Assembly: GCA_037481815.1 (NCBI GenBank)
Contig: JBBFKX010000001.1
Coordinates: 384,001-448,000, forward strand
DNA length: 64,000 nucleotides
Source of the DNA: a candidate division WOR-3 bacterium
GTDB taxonomy: Bacteria; Hydrothermota; 32-111
Direction of reading: 5' to 3'
The position numbers and the translations under genes are program-made. Within the stretch, counting starts at the first letter, position 1. Each line of letters opens with the position of its first letter. Positions 19,458 to 29,442 of this stretch are shown here, piece after piece. Below the pieces are notes generated by a model. It had not been told where the DNA came from. It did no database searches and was given only the letters and a program-made list of their open reading frames with translations.

Positions 19458-22241
19458 CTATTGACTTATTAAAGTTTCGACACTTTCTTCTTTTAAATCT
19501 TTATCATTTTTATCATCACCTAAAGTTTTGTGTCCTTTTCTTTTAACCCACATTTTTACCTCTTCTCTTATCTGCTGTATCTGTTCATCTCCTGGTTTTA
19601 TAATATCCCAAAGATCAAGCAATCTAGTTAAAATTTCAGGTTCTTCTTTTTCCATATAGAAGAATCCAATAACATTTCCGAGAAGTTGTAAATCGGTTTT
19701 TAAATTTTGAACGATACTTTCAAAATTTACACTATCCCCTTGCTTATAATACACTTTTAAAAGACCAGATAAAAACATCGCATTTTTTGGATCCTTATCA
19801 ACATACTTTTTGAATATTTCCAAAGATTTTTGATAATCGTTTAATTTTAAATATATTTGTCCAAGAAGGAAATCGAATATCTCTGTCTTTTCTCCCTTTT
19901 TATCGATTGATTTACCATATAATATCTCTCTCTCAGCCTCTTCATATTTACCTAAATCCATAAGAAATCTTGTGATCTGCAAAGTAACTGCGTTTCTATC
20001 ATAAACATAAAATTTTCTTCCCTCTCTTAAATACTCGATCGATTTTTCAAGGGAATCTATCTGTGCATAGTATATCCCAAGTTGTAAAAATCCAGCAGCA
20101 TAGTTAGTCATTATTCTATCGATGTTATCATCTTTAACAATTTTTTCGTCAAGAATATATTTGTATTTATAAACGTTATAGATATTATGTTTCGTTCTTT
20201 CAACATCTATCAGATAAGGATACTTCTTTGCTTCTTCAGTAGAAACGATTCTGTATGCTAATCCTTCAAGAACAGAATTCTGTTTGTAACCCATTCTTGC
20301 ATCATCCGAAACCGTAACCGAAAAATATATTTCTATAGAATCTGCCTTGTAATTATCAAGAACTTTCGTTTTAAATTCCTGTGTGCTAGAATAAAGAATA
20401 TCCTTTGTACATTTTATTCCAGAAGTTGTACACATCATATTCCTTATCGCAAGATCTCTAACATAAAGTACCTCTCCATTAGGTAATCTGACGGGCATAA
20501 GATTATCTATCTCTTCATCAGTAAAACTTATTGGAACACCAAAAGATTTCATCTGTTTTATATACCAAGGAGTATTCAAAAGTGAAAGGTTACATACCAT
20601 AACACCTTTTCGATTTTTACGGTCGAGTGTTCTATAATTTCTCACTACCTGTTCAAACCAGAGCGGATATGTATCATTATCACCATTTGTAAAGATAACA
20701 GCGTTATCCCTCGGTGTGTCAAGCATATTTTTCGCATATTCATCTGCGATCCAATTGTTTCTTCTGTTTGCGTTTGATCTTATATTCGCAAAAATTGGTG
20801 AAATCGATATTATTACAAGAAAGATTATCAAAAATATTGATATAAAGTTCATGCTATTTTTGTTGTTTTTTGCTCTTTCAAAAAATTCTCTTATTCCAAA
20901 AGCGAAGAAAAAGAAAAAGAGAAAATAGGAAGGAGCATAGAAATAATCCCTTTCTCTGACTTCTTTTTCAACATGTAAAGGATTTGGGTCTGATGGTGAA
21001 TATTTCAGATTTAGATATGTTATTAGCCCAAACGAAAGAAGAAGCAAAACTATACCTATAAGAATAAAAGTTTTTTTCTCTTTTTTGTAATGAACATATA
21101 TACCATAAAACCCTATTATCGAAGTGATTGAAACTATAAGTGATGAAAGAATTTTTAATAGGACAGATGGATTTAAAACTTCTTCAGGTCTATATATTGG
21201 TGAGAATTGCCAAGAATAATATCTTATAAAAACTTTAATCTGCTCAATATATGCAGGAATCGTTCCAATGCCATAATCAGTTTTTCTTGGTAAAAGGTTC
21301 ATCGGACCATACTGTTTTCTGTTAAAGACATCCCATAGATCTCTCAATGTAACTGGTGCTGCTATGTTTATATATGGATTTTGTTTTGCTCTTATTATCA
21401 AAACAGCGTAAGTTGATACAGCAACGAGAATCAGAAATGTGTAAATTCCAAGATATGAAAAAACTTTTTTATAATTTACTTTTCTTTGAGAATTGAAAGA
21501 ATCGATCATCACAACCGTAATAACAGACAAAAACAAACCAACTATCAGAAGAACCATATTTTCTTTTGTAACAGCAAGATAAAGGAATGAAAATAAAACA
21601 CCAAAAGAAATGAGAGAAACTGAAAGATCATAATATTTTCTCCAAGCAACAACGATAAAAAATATTAAAGCAGCAGGTAAAGCTAAAAGTGAAAGCATGT
21701 GGATACCTATAGAAAGCAAAGTTATATAGATCACAAGCATAACATACCTATCATCATTTTTATCATCTAATTTATCCCACCATACAAGACATAAGAAAAT
21801 TGAGATCAGGATCATCAAAACAGCTGGATTATAAACTTCCGCCTCAATAGCTGACTGCCAGAACGAATATATTAAAGAAGCAAAAAGAGAAGAGAAAAAT
21901 GCTGAAATGTAATTCCATTTTTCATCTTTAAAAGTTTCAACTCTTCTGAAGACCTTCAAAATTATAAAGAAAAGAAAAACAGATGCGAGTGCACTTGAAA
22001 TCGAAGAGAAAAGGTTCACTCTTAAAGCGACCTCTTTAACAAAGAAAAGTATTCTTATAATCATGTTTCCAAGAAGTATCATCAAAGGAGTTCCTGGAGG
22101 ATGGGGAACGCCCAAAGAGTAGGAACAGGAAATAAATTCCCCACAATCCCAGAATGGAAGCGTTGGAGTAACAGTATAAAGATAAACTGAAAAAACTATT
22201 ATGAAAAGTAAAAGTCCTAACAGATAATCAAACTTTTTCAT
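19458..22241 (-). CDS. DUF2723 multi-pass membrane protein (TMEM260-like GT-C glycosyltransferase) with C-terminal TPRs
   Basis: PTLPFWDCGEFI...LGVPHPPG.P, AIEAEVY, GIH, RKQYG, EVRERDYF, IFTNGDNDTYPLW, NLSLLNTPWY; TPR-like tail. Confidence 0.88.
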   Translation of the reverse strand: MKKFDYLLGLLLFIIVFSVYLYTVTPTLPFWDCGEFISCSYSLGVPHPPGTPLMILLGNMIIRILFFVKEVALRVNLFSSISSALASVFLFFIILKVFRRVETFKDEKWNYISAFFSSLFASLIYSFWQSAIEAEVYNPAVLMILISIFLCLVWWDKLDDKNDDRYVMLVIYITLLSIGIHMLSLLALPAALIFFIVVAWRKYYDLSVSLISFGVLFSFLYLAVTKENMVLLIVGLFLSVITVVMIDSFNSQRKVNYKKVFSYLGIYTFLILVAVSTYAVLIIRAKQNPYINIAAPVTLRDLWDVFNRKQYGPMNLLPRKTDYGIGTIPAYIEQIKVFIRYYSWQFSPIYRPEEVLNPSVLLKILSSLIVSITSIIGFYGIYVHYKKEKKTFILIGIVLLLLSFGLITYLNLKYSPSDPNPLHVEKEVRERDYFYAPSYFLFFFFFAFGIREFFERAKNNKNSMNFISIFLIIFLVIISISPIFANIRSNANRRNNWIADEYAKNMLDTPRDNAVIFTNGDNDTYPLWFEQVVRNYRTLDRKNRKGVMVCNLSLLNTPWYIKQMKSFGVPISFTDEEIDNLMPVRLPNGEVLYVRDLAIRNMMCTTSGIKCTKDILYSSTQEFKTKVLDNYKADSIEIYFSVTVSDDARMGYKQNSVLEGLAYRIVSTEEAKKYPYLIDVERTKHNIYNVYKYKYILDEKIVKDDNIDRIMTNYAAGFLQLGIYYAQIDSLEKSIEYLREGRKFYVYDRNAVTLQITRFLMDLGKYEEAEREILYGKSIDKKGEKTEIFDFLLGQIYLKLNDYQKSLEIFKKYVDKDPKNAMFLSGLLKVYYKQGDSVNFESIVQNLKTDLQLLGNVIGFFYMEKEEPEILTRLLDLWDIIKPGDEQIQQIREEVKMWVKRKGHKTLGDDKNDKDLKEESVETLISQ

Positions 22242-22256
22242 CCATCCTCCTATATT

Positions 22257-23108
22257 TTATCTTTCAAACCTTAACTTCCAAAAATCTTTAAAATCAGGTA
22301 GATAACCTATAGTTTCAACAAGATTATAAAGCATATTATCTTTTTTCACAAGATTTTTTTCGATTAATGGATATATGTTAATATTAATATAAAACTCATA
22401 TCCAGCCATATATATCCACCACGGCCATTTAGTATAATATTCTGAGTTTCGAAACATTTCTCTATTAAAAGACCAATAAAAAGTGACATTTTCAAGGTAT
22501 CCATAATGTTTAAGCAAAGCGTTGAAAACTCCTAAAATGTTTGCTGAAAGATCAAAAATATCAAAACCCTCTCCTTTCTGGTGACCATCCATATACTCCT
22601 CAAGAACTCCAAATCCAATTACAACAGAAGAAGAAAGAACAACAGACCAGTTTGAAATTTTTTTATGGATTTTACCTGTCGTCATTATGTTGTATGAACG
22701 ATCAAAAAGTGTCGCAAGAGGTATGACTGGAAGATATGAAAATATAAAATGAACACCTTTATCACATTGTGTCTCCTGAGCTATCTGTTCCGACCATGGT
22801 TTAAAATAAAAATCTCTTGCCTGAGAGGGATCAGCATGGTTTGGGCTTGTGAACCTTGTCCATCGATCAGCGAAATACCATCTCAAATCTTTGTTAAGAG
22901 AGATCAGAACAACTCCTCCTACAACTATCGTTGGAACTGCGATCTTCATAATATCTGAAAAATATTGATTGTTGAAAACAGTTAAGGTGTCCTCAAAATT
23001 TTCATCTTTGTTGTAAAATGAAAAAATGTTTATACATACAAAAGAGACAAGAAGTATTTTAAAGATAAAATCTTGAAATCTCTTTTTCAAGGGTTTGGGA
23101 ATCAACAT
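22257..23108 (-). CDS. DUF2279/YfiM-like membrane protein
   Basis: DKGVHF...EEYMDG...GFDIFDLSANILG pattern. Confidence 0.55.
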   Translation of the reverse strand: MLIPKPLKKRFQDFIFKILLVSFVCINIFSFYNKDENFEDTLTVFNNQYFSDIMKIAVPTIVVGGVVLISLNKDLRWYFADRWTRFTSPNHADPSQARDFYFKPWSEQIAQETQCDKGVHFIFSYLPVIPLATLFDRSYNIMTTGKIHKKISNWSVVLSSSVVIGFGVLEEYMDGHQKGEGFDIFDLSANILGVFNALLKHYGYLENVTFYWSFNREMFRNSEYYTKWPWWIYMAGYEFYININIYPLIEKNLVKKDNMLYNLVETIGYLPDFKDFWKLRFER

Positions 23109-23802
23109 CTCTTTTCAAAACTCCTTTTTCCGCGATCGAAATCATTCTTCTTTCCTCTGAAATTACTATCACTAGTGCATCTGTTTCCTCTGAAAGTCCA
23201 AGTGCAGCCCTATGTCTTGTTCCAAGAGTAACTCCCTGTATCGGATTTTCAGATAAAGGTAAAATAGCTGATGCAGCAACTATCCTTTCATCTTTTATTA
23301 TCAAGGCACCATCATGGAGTGGAGATTTTGGAGAAAAGATTGAAACTATCAGGTCAGAATTTATCGCAGAGTTTAAACTTGTCCCGGTTTCATAAAAATG
23401 TTTAAGTCCAACATCTCCTTCAAGAACTATAAGTCCTCCAAGCCCTCTGTCAACAAGTTTTTGAACACTTTTAACTATTTCGTCTATATAGGTTTTTCTT
23501 TCCTCTTTTATAAAGTATCTCACAAACTTCGATTTACCAAGAACAGTTAATACCCTTCTGATTTCTGGCTGAAAAACAACTATGAAAAATATTATCCATA
23601 TCGATTTAAGGCCGTTCAATATCCAGGTTAAACCTCGAAAGTTCAAAAAATCGGAAACGAAAGTTACAAGAAAGATCAGGAATATTCCAATAAACATCTG
23701 AACAGCTCTTGTGCCTTTCAGAAACCTTAAGGCCTGATAAACAATTGCAGAAACTATAATGATATCGAGTAAATCAAGTATACCAATCTTTATCAATGAC
23801 AC
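23059..23802 (-). CDS. cdaA: Diadenylate cyclase CdaA
   Basis: Three TM helices, VVFQPEIRR, SPLHDGA, GTRHRAA, VISEE. Confidence 0.95.
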   Translation of the reverse strand: MSLIKIGILDLLDIIIVSAIVYQALRFLKGTRAVQMFIGIFLIFLVTFVSDFLNFRGLTWILNGLKSIWIIFFIVVFQPEIRRVLTVLGKSKFVRYFIKEERKTYIDEIVKSVQKLVDRGLGGLIVLEGDVGLKHFYETGTSLNSAINSDLIVSIFSPKSPLHDGALIIKDERIVAASAILPLSENPIQGVTLGTRHRAALGLSEETDALVIVISEERRMISIAEKGVLKRDVDSQTLEKEISRFYL

Positions 23803-24977
23803 AAAACCTCCGATGCGATTTTTAGAGCATCATAATTTTCCTTAACATTGTGAACTCTGAAAATTTTTGCACCATTAAAAAAACCACAAACATTTGCTCC
23901 AACTGTTCCATACAATCTTTCCTGTGATTCCCTGTTCAAAATTTTTCCTATAAAACTTTTGTTTGAAACCCCAAGTGTTATGGGTTTTTTCAGGGATCTA
24001 AAAATTTCAAGATTGTTCAAAATTTTTAGATTATCCTCAACGGTTTTACCAAAACCAATACCAGGGTCAACAGAAATTTTTAATGGATCAATACCTGAAG
24101 AAAGAGCATTTTCGATACTTTTTTCAAGATACTCAACTATATCAAGAAGAAGATCTTCATAGGTTGGATTCACTTGCATATCTTTCGGGGTTCCTTTTAT
24201 ATGCATCAAAATCACAGATGAATTTTTTTTTGCAACAACATTTTTCATCTCAGGATCAAAGTTTAAACCACTTATATCGTTTACTATCCTGACTCCCGCT
24301 GATAAAGCATAAGATGCTGTTTTTGAGTTGTATGTATCGATAGAAAGCAAAAGTTCTGGAAACCGTTTTAAAATATTTTCAATAACAGGCAAAACCCTTT
24401 TTATCTCTTCATCAACACTTACAGGTTCACTGAAAGGTCTTGTCGATTGACCACCAACATCTATAATGTCAACGCCCTCCTCGATCATCTGTTCAACTCT
24501 TATCAACGCTTTTTCAATATTATTAAATTTTCCTCCATCGTAGAACGAATCAGGTGTAACATTCAAAATCCCCATGATCAGAAAATTTTTTTCAGACAAC
24601 AAATCTTTACCATCAACAAAAAAACAATCTTTGTACTCAATCATTTCAATAATTTGATTCATACTTTTTTCGAGTGAAAATGGTTGTCCTTTCAATTTCT
24701 CTTTCATCTTGATAATCTGAGATAATGTTGCTGAGAGTAGAATATCCGATTTATCAGTTTTTCCAGAAATAACATCTTTTGCAATAGAGCAATCACATCC
24801 AACAGAAAGAGCCGTTTGTTTTAAAATATTTGCGAATTCGATTTTTGCATCCTTAAAAAAAACAAGGTATGAATATGTTTTCTTTTCCATCAATTCAACA
24901 GAATAGGGATCACATTTTGTTTTTTCGATCCAGTCCTTATAACTTTTTTTATCCTTTTTCAAAATGTATATTTTCAT
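23793..24977 (-). CDS. folP: Dihydropteroate synthase with N-terminal extension
   Basis: MGILNVTPDSFYDGG, IDVGGQSTRP, DPGIGFGK, SNKSF, FRVHNV. Confidence 0.96.
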   Translation of the reverse strand: MKIYILKKDKKSYKDWIEKTKCDPYSVELMEKKTYSYLVFFKDAKIEFANILKQTALSVGCDCSIAKDVISGKTDKSDILLSATLSQIIKMKEKLKGQPFSLEKSMNQIIEMIEYKDCFFVDGKDLLSEKNFLIMGILNVTPDSFYDGGKFNNIEKALIRVEQMIEEGVDIIDVGGQSTRPFSEPVSVDEEIKRVLPVIENILKRFPELLLSIDTYNSKTASYALSAGVRIVNDISGLNFDPEMKNVVAKKNSSVILMHIKGTPKDMQVNPTYEDLLLDIVEYLEKSIENALSSGIDPLKISVDPGIGFGKTVEDNLKILNNLEIFRSLKKPITLGVSNKSFIGKILNRESQERLYGTVGANVCGFFNGAKIFRVHNVKENYDALKIASEVLCH

Positions 24978-25564
24978 CTACTCTCACCTGCTTTTATCAG
25001 GTTCAACGCTTCTTCCCTTGTGATAGGTTTTTTCATCACACCTCTTATCGCACTCGTTGTGGTATAGACACCAGGTTTTTTTATTCCCCTCATATAAAGA
25101 CACATCTGCTGTGCTTCAACAATAACTAAAATACCCATCGGTTTTAAAAGTTTGTTGAGAGTATCCGCAATATCTGTTGTCATTCTTTCCTGTATCTGTG
25201 GTCTCTTGGCAATCGTATCAACCACCTCTAAAAGATTAGAAAAGCCGGTTATCTTGTTGTTAGCAGGGATGTATGCTATATGGACATATCCGAAAAAAGG
25301 TAGAAGATGGTGCTCGCACATTGAAAAAAAAGGAATATATCTTAACACTATCATCTCATCCTGATTTTTGGTTTCTATAAGTTTGATCTCCTTGTTCACA
25401 TCTTTGAACAAACCTGAAAATATCTCCTCATACATCAAAGCAACTCTTTTGGGAGTATCTTTCATCCCCTCTTTGTTTATTTTTTCGCCAAGTGCATCGA
25501 TTATAAGTTGAACACCCTTTTCTATCTTTTTTAAATCTATACTTCTTTTAGACGACCTCTTCAT
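24974..25564 (-). CDS. folE: GTP cyclohydrolase I
   Basis: TPKRVA, SMCEHHLLPF, KRPQIQER, CLYMRG. Confidence 0.96.
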   Translation of the reverse strand: MKRSSKRSIDLKKIEKGVQLIIDALGEKINKEGMKDTPKRVALMYEEIFSGLFKDVNKEIKLIETKNQDEMIVLRYIPFFSMCEHHLLPFFGYVHIAYIPANNKITGFSNLLEVVDTIAKRPQIQERMTTDIADTLNKLLKPMGILVIVEAQQMCLYMRGIKKPGVYTTTSAIRGVMKKPITREEALNLIKAGESR

Positions 25565-27419
25565 TTTTTACCTCATTTTTTTCATTATCTTTTTTCAATG
25601 GTTCAAGTTCTTCTCCTCTCATTATTCTGTCGATATCTTCACTATCGAGTGTTTCCCTTTCAAGAAGATAATTTGCCATTTTGTTCAATTTATCAAGGTT
25701 GTTTTTAAGTATATCGAGTGCTCTTTGCATCGCTTCATCAACTATCTTTTTCACTTCTGAATCTATCAACCTTGCAGTTTCCTCTGAAAAATCTTTCCTC
25801 TGAGTTATCTCACGGCCAAGGAAAATCGAATCATGTGGGTTTGAATATTGTATCGTTCCAACCTTCTCACTCATTCCCCATTCACAAACCATTTTATGTG
25901 CGATTTCGGTTGCTTTTTCAATATCGTTGCTTGCACCTGTTGTTATATCACCTAAAGCAAGGATCTCTGCTGCTCTTCCACCAAGAAGTGAAGCAAGATT
26001 ATCAAGAAGATAATTTTTCGAATACATATGTCTATCATCTATTGGTAAAAACTGTGTTACTCCCAAAGCCATACCTCGCGGGATAACGGTTACTTTAAAC
26101 ACTGGGTCAACATTTTTCAAATTTTTTGAGACGATAACATGACCAGATTCATGATATGCGCTTATTCTTCTCTCATTCTCAGATATCACAGCCGACTTCC
26201 TTGCAAGTCCCATGAGGATTTTATCCTTTGCTTCCTCAAATTCCTCCATGTTCACTTCATTTTTATCTTTTCTTGCAGCAAGGAGTGCCGCTTCGTTTAC
26301 CATATTAGCGATATCTGCACCTGTAAAACCTGGAGTCGCTTTTGCAAGGATTGAAAAATCAACATCTTTTCCAAGTGGAATCTTTCTTGTATGAATTACA
26401 AAAATTTCCTCTCTCCCTTTTACATCCGGTCTATCGATAACGATTCTTCGATCAAACCTCCCAGGTCTTAGAAGTGCCGGATCAAGTATGTCAGGTCTAT
26501 TTGTAGCAGCCATAACTATCACTGCTTCATCCGTCTGAAATCCATCCATTTCAACGAGTAGTTGGTTCAACGTCTGCTCTCTTTCATCATGTCCACCACC
26601 TATACCTGCTCCTCTGTGTCTTCCAACAGCATCTATTTCATCGATGAAAACTATACAAGGTGAATTGGCTTTTGCTCTTTGAAACAGATCCCTTACTCTT
26701 GAAGCACCAACTCCCACAAACATTTCAACAAAATCTGATCCGGATATTGAAAAGAACGGGACTTTTGCTTCACCAGCGACAGCTTTTGCCATCAATGTTT
26801 TTCCTGTTCCAGGAGAACCTAAAAGTAGAACTCCTTTGGGAATTCTACCACCCAAACGGATGTATTTACCTGGATGTTTTAAAAAATCTATTATCTCCTG
26901 TAATTCTTCCTTTGCTTCTTTAGCACCAGCAACATCGTTGAAAGTAACTTTTGGTGTTAAAACCATCACAGCGTTTGATCTTCCAAAAGTGAAAGCACGA
27001 TTCTGACTGTTTGAAATCGATCGTGTAAAGAAATAGAATAGAACAAAAAATGTGATCAATGGAATAACATAAGGTAAAACTTCCCCCCAGAAATTTGAAG
27101 GGATTTTAACTGTTATATTCACATTCTGTTCAACCATCTTTTGAACAAGATTGTTATCATCATAAGGAATTATCGTCTTAAACTGTCCACCATCTTTATA
27201 CTCTCCAGATATATTCCTCTCAACGATCGTTACACTCTTAATCTTTCCGCTCATCAACTCATTGTAAAAAGTGGAATAATCTATCTGTTTCACCTGTGAA
27301 GTGAAGAACCCTATTATGTTCGGTAAAAAAAGCAAAAGAAGAAGTGTTATTATCCAGATAGTCCATTTGGCTTTATCCTCATTCCCTTTGTATATTTTTT
27401 TTATGTTCCTTTTCTTCAT
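25548..27419 (-). CDS. ftsH: ATP-dependent zinc metalloprotease FtsH
   Basis: [42 protein letters not shown]. Confidence 0.98.
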   Translation of the reverse strand: MKKRNIKKIYKGNEDKAKWTIWIITLLLLLFLPNIIGFFTSQVKQIDYSTFYNELMSGKIKSVTIVERNISGEYKDGGQFKTIIPYDDNNLVQKMVEQNVNITVKIPSNFWGEVLPYVIPLITFFVLFYFFTRSISNSQNRAFTFGRSNAVMVLTPKVTFNDVAGAKEAKEELQEIIDFLKHPGKYIRLGGRIPKGVLLLGSPGTGKTLMAKAVAGEAKVPFFSISGSDFVEMFVGVGASRVRDLFQRAKANSPCIVFIDEIDAVGRHRGAGIGGGHDEREQTLNQLLVEMDGFQTDEAVIVMAATNRPDILDPALLRPGRFDRRIVIDRPDVKGREEIFVIHTRKIPLGKDVDFSILAKATPGFTGADIANMVNEAALLAARKDKNEVNMEEFEEAKDKILMGLARKSAVISENERRISAYHESGHVIVSKNLKNVDPVFKVTVIPRGMALGVTQFLPIDDRHMYSKNYLLDNLASLLGGRAAEILALGDITTGASNDIEKATEIAHKMVCEWGMSEKVGTIQYSNPHDSIFLGREITQRKDFSEETARLIDSEVKKIVDEAMQRALDILKNNLDKLNKMANYLLERETLDSEDIDRIMRGEELEPLKKDNEKNEVKNEEVV

Positions 27420-27423
27420 AAAC

Positions 27424-27951
27424 TTATTCCTCCTTTAAGATACCAATATATGGCAGATTTCTGTACATCTGTTTATAATCGAGACCATAACCAACAACAA
27501 AATGGTCATCGATAACAAAACACGAATAATCAGGGTTTTCATCTACCTTTCTTTTACATTTTTTATCAAGAAGTGTGACAAGTTTTAAACTTTTTGGAGA
27601 GTTCGCAAGAAGTTTTAATTTTAAATGTTTATAGGTTAAACCTGTGTCTATGATATCCTCAACAACAACTACATCCCTACGTTCAATATCTATACTGATG
27701 TCCTCTTCAATCCTCACCTTCCCGGAACTCATTTTTTCACCTTCGTAAGAACTTATTATCATAAAATCGACATTCAAAGGAAAATTCAATTTTGTGATAA
27801 GGTTGGCAGCGAAAATAAAAGCTCCTTTTAGAATAACTATGAATACAGGTTTTTTATCTTTGTATTCTTGATTCAAAATCTTTGCCAATTCATCTATCTT
27901 TTTTTTGATCTCATCTTCTGTTATAAAAACTTCAACATATTCTTTTGACAT
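27424..27951 (-). CDS. hpt: Hypoxanthine phosphoribosyltransferase
   Basis: ILKGAFIF, VVEDIIDTGLT, FVVGYGLDY...RNLPYIG; tilS-hpt-ftsH synteny. Confidence 0.96.
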   Translation of the reverse strand: MSKEYVEVFITEDEIKKKIDELAKILNQEYKDKKPVFIVILKGAFIFAANLITKLNFPLNVDFMIISSYEGEKMSSGKVRIEEDISIDIERRDVVVVEDIIDTGLTYKHLKLKLLANSPKSLKLVTLLDKKCKRKVDENPDYSCFVIDDHFVVGYGLDYKQMYRNLPYIGILKEE

Positions 27952-29290
27952 AAAATTGTATACACTCCTTTTCTTTCTGAAGATCAACAACATAAAGGTT
28001 ACTTCTTTTCAAATCACCCAATACCAAAACCTCATTTTTTTCGTTTATGATAACAGGTAATCTTTCTCTCAAACTTTTTTCAACTTTCAAATCCAGAAAA
28101 ATTTTGCTTATTTTCTTTTCATAATCACAATTAAACAATGTCATTCTATAACCTCTTTCATATCTTTTTAAAAAGAATCTTTTTCCACAATCAAGTGTAA
28201 AATAGAATCTATTTTTATCAAACCTGACATTTTCTGATTTGACTTTTTTCATAGAAACTTCGAAACCGTTGAAATAAACTTTTCTGTTCAACTTTATTTC
28301 ACAGAAATCTTTTAAATCTTCTTTCTCCTCTTTTGATTTATATACCAATATAATGTTATACTTTTTTTCTAAATAAAAATCTCCTATCTTTTTTTCAATG
28401 TTTTTTTTACTGGATGCTATTATCTTTTCAACCTCATCGATGATATTTCTGTTAACATAAAAAAACTTTGAAAGAGCAATGTATATTAAAATTTTTCTTA
28501 ATTTTTTATTATAAACCAAAACTTTTGAAATATCAATAACAAGTGAACCATTTTCATATTGAAAAATTTTTAAATATTCAAATAAAAGTTGTTCAAACCC
28601 ATTTTCAAATTCTTTCAGGTTGTTAAAAAAAACTTTGAAATGGTATATACCATCTTTCAACGAATTTTCAAGAACAGGGATAAGATCATGTCTTATTCTG
28701 TTTCTTAAAATATTTTTGTTTAAATTGGTGGGATCTTCGATGTATTCTATACCTTCTTTTTTTAACATGTTCAATATATCATTCTTTTTTAAAAACAGTA
28801 AAGGCCTTACAAAAACATTTTCTACTGGATCTATAGACGACGCACCTCTAATTCCAGTATTCCTCTGGAGGTTTATAAAAAATGTTTCAACGGCATCAGT
28901 TAAATTATGTCCGGTAAAAATATAGTCAAACTTTTTCTTTTTTAAAATATCGAAAAGATATTTTTTTCGAACTTCCCTTGCTGCCCTTTCAAAACCCAAC
29001 TTTTTCGTTTCTTTTAAATCCAACACTTTTTCACTTCTGTAATTCAATCTGATATTGTTATCTTTACATATCTTTTTTACAAAATTTTCCTCTTTTAAAA
29101 CATCTTCCCTTTCATTATGGTTAAGATAAAAACATTCAAAATAAATGTTGAACTTCTTTTGGCAGTAAAGCAAAAAATAAAACAATAAAGTAGAATCGGG
29201 TCCCCCTGAAAAACTCAAAAGTACCCTTTTATCTTTTAATTCAACACTGTTATCTTTTAAAAATTCTAAAATTTCCTCAAAAAGTTTCAT
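27932..29290 (-). CDS. tilS: tRNA(Ile)-lysidine synthetase
   Basis: SFSGGPDS, ERAAREVR, GHNLTDAVET, RPLL, EDPTN...RNRIR. Confidence 0.95.
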   Translation of the reverse strand: MKLFEEILEFLKDNSVELKDKRVLLSFSGGPDSTLLFYFLLYCQKKFNIYFECFYLNHNEREDVLKEENFVKKICKDNNIRLNYRSEKVLDLKETKKLGFERAAREVRKKYLFDILKKKKFDYIFTGHNLTDAVETFFINLQRNTGIRGASSIDPVENVFVRPLLFLKKNDILNMLKKEGIEYIEDPTNLNKNILRNRIRHDLIPVLENSLKDGIYHFKVFFNNLKEFENGFEQLLFEYLKIFQYENGSLVIDISKVLVYNKKLRKILIYIALSKFFYVNRNIIDEVEKIIASSKKNIEKKIGDFYLEKKYNIILVYKSKEEKEDLKDFCEIKLNRKVYFNGFEVSMKKVKSENVRFDKNRFYFTLDCGKRFFLKRYERGYRMTLFNCDYEKKISKIFLDLKVEKSLRERLPVIINEKNEVLVLGDLKRSNLYVVDLQKEKECIQFYVKRIC

Positions 29291-29296
29291 TTTATT

Positions 29297-29324
29297 AGTA
29301 TAATTCAAAATAGTGTAATATCAA
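29297..29324 (-). promoter_or_regulatory. Putative leaderless promoter of the tilS-to-sprA gene run
   Basis: TTGATA-N16-TATACT, 6 nt before ATG 29290, no SD. Confidence 0.65.
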
Positions 29325-29415
29325 TAGGAAGTGATCATATATTATATTAAAAATTCTTTTTTAATTGTTGACTTTTAGAAATGACATTTGATTTGTGGAC
29401 ACTTTTAGTAAATTT

Positions 29416-29436
29416 AAAAGGGCGAGTTTCTCACCC
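29416..29436 (-). terminator. Rho-independent terminator after dinB
   Basis: Minus-strand RNA GGGUGAG-AAA-CUCGCCC-UUUU (7-bp stem with one G-U pair) just after the dinB stop. Confidence 0.7.
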
Positions 29437-29442
29437 TCTTCA

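Noticed and set aside
29366..29415. Short repeat ACTTTTAG at 29371 and 29401, and TGGACAC resembling an IS end
   Set aside because: Too short in an AT-rich background; no partner inverted repeat or transposase.
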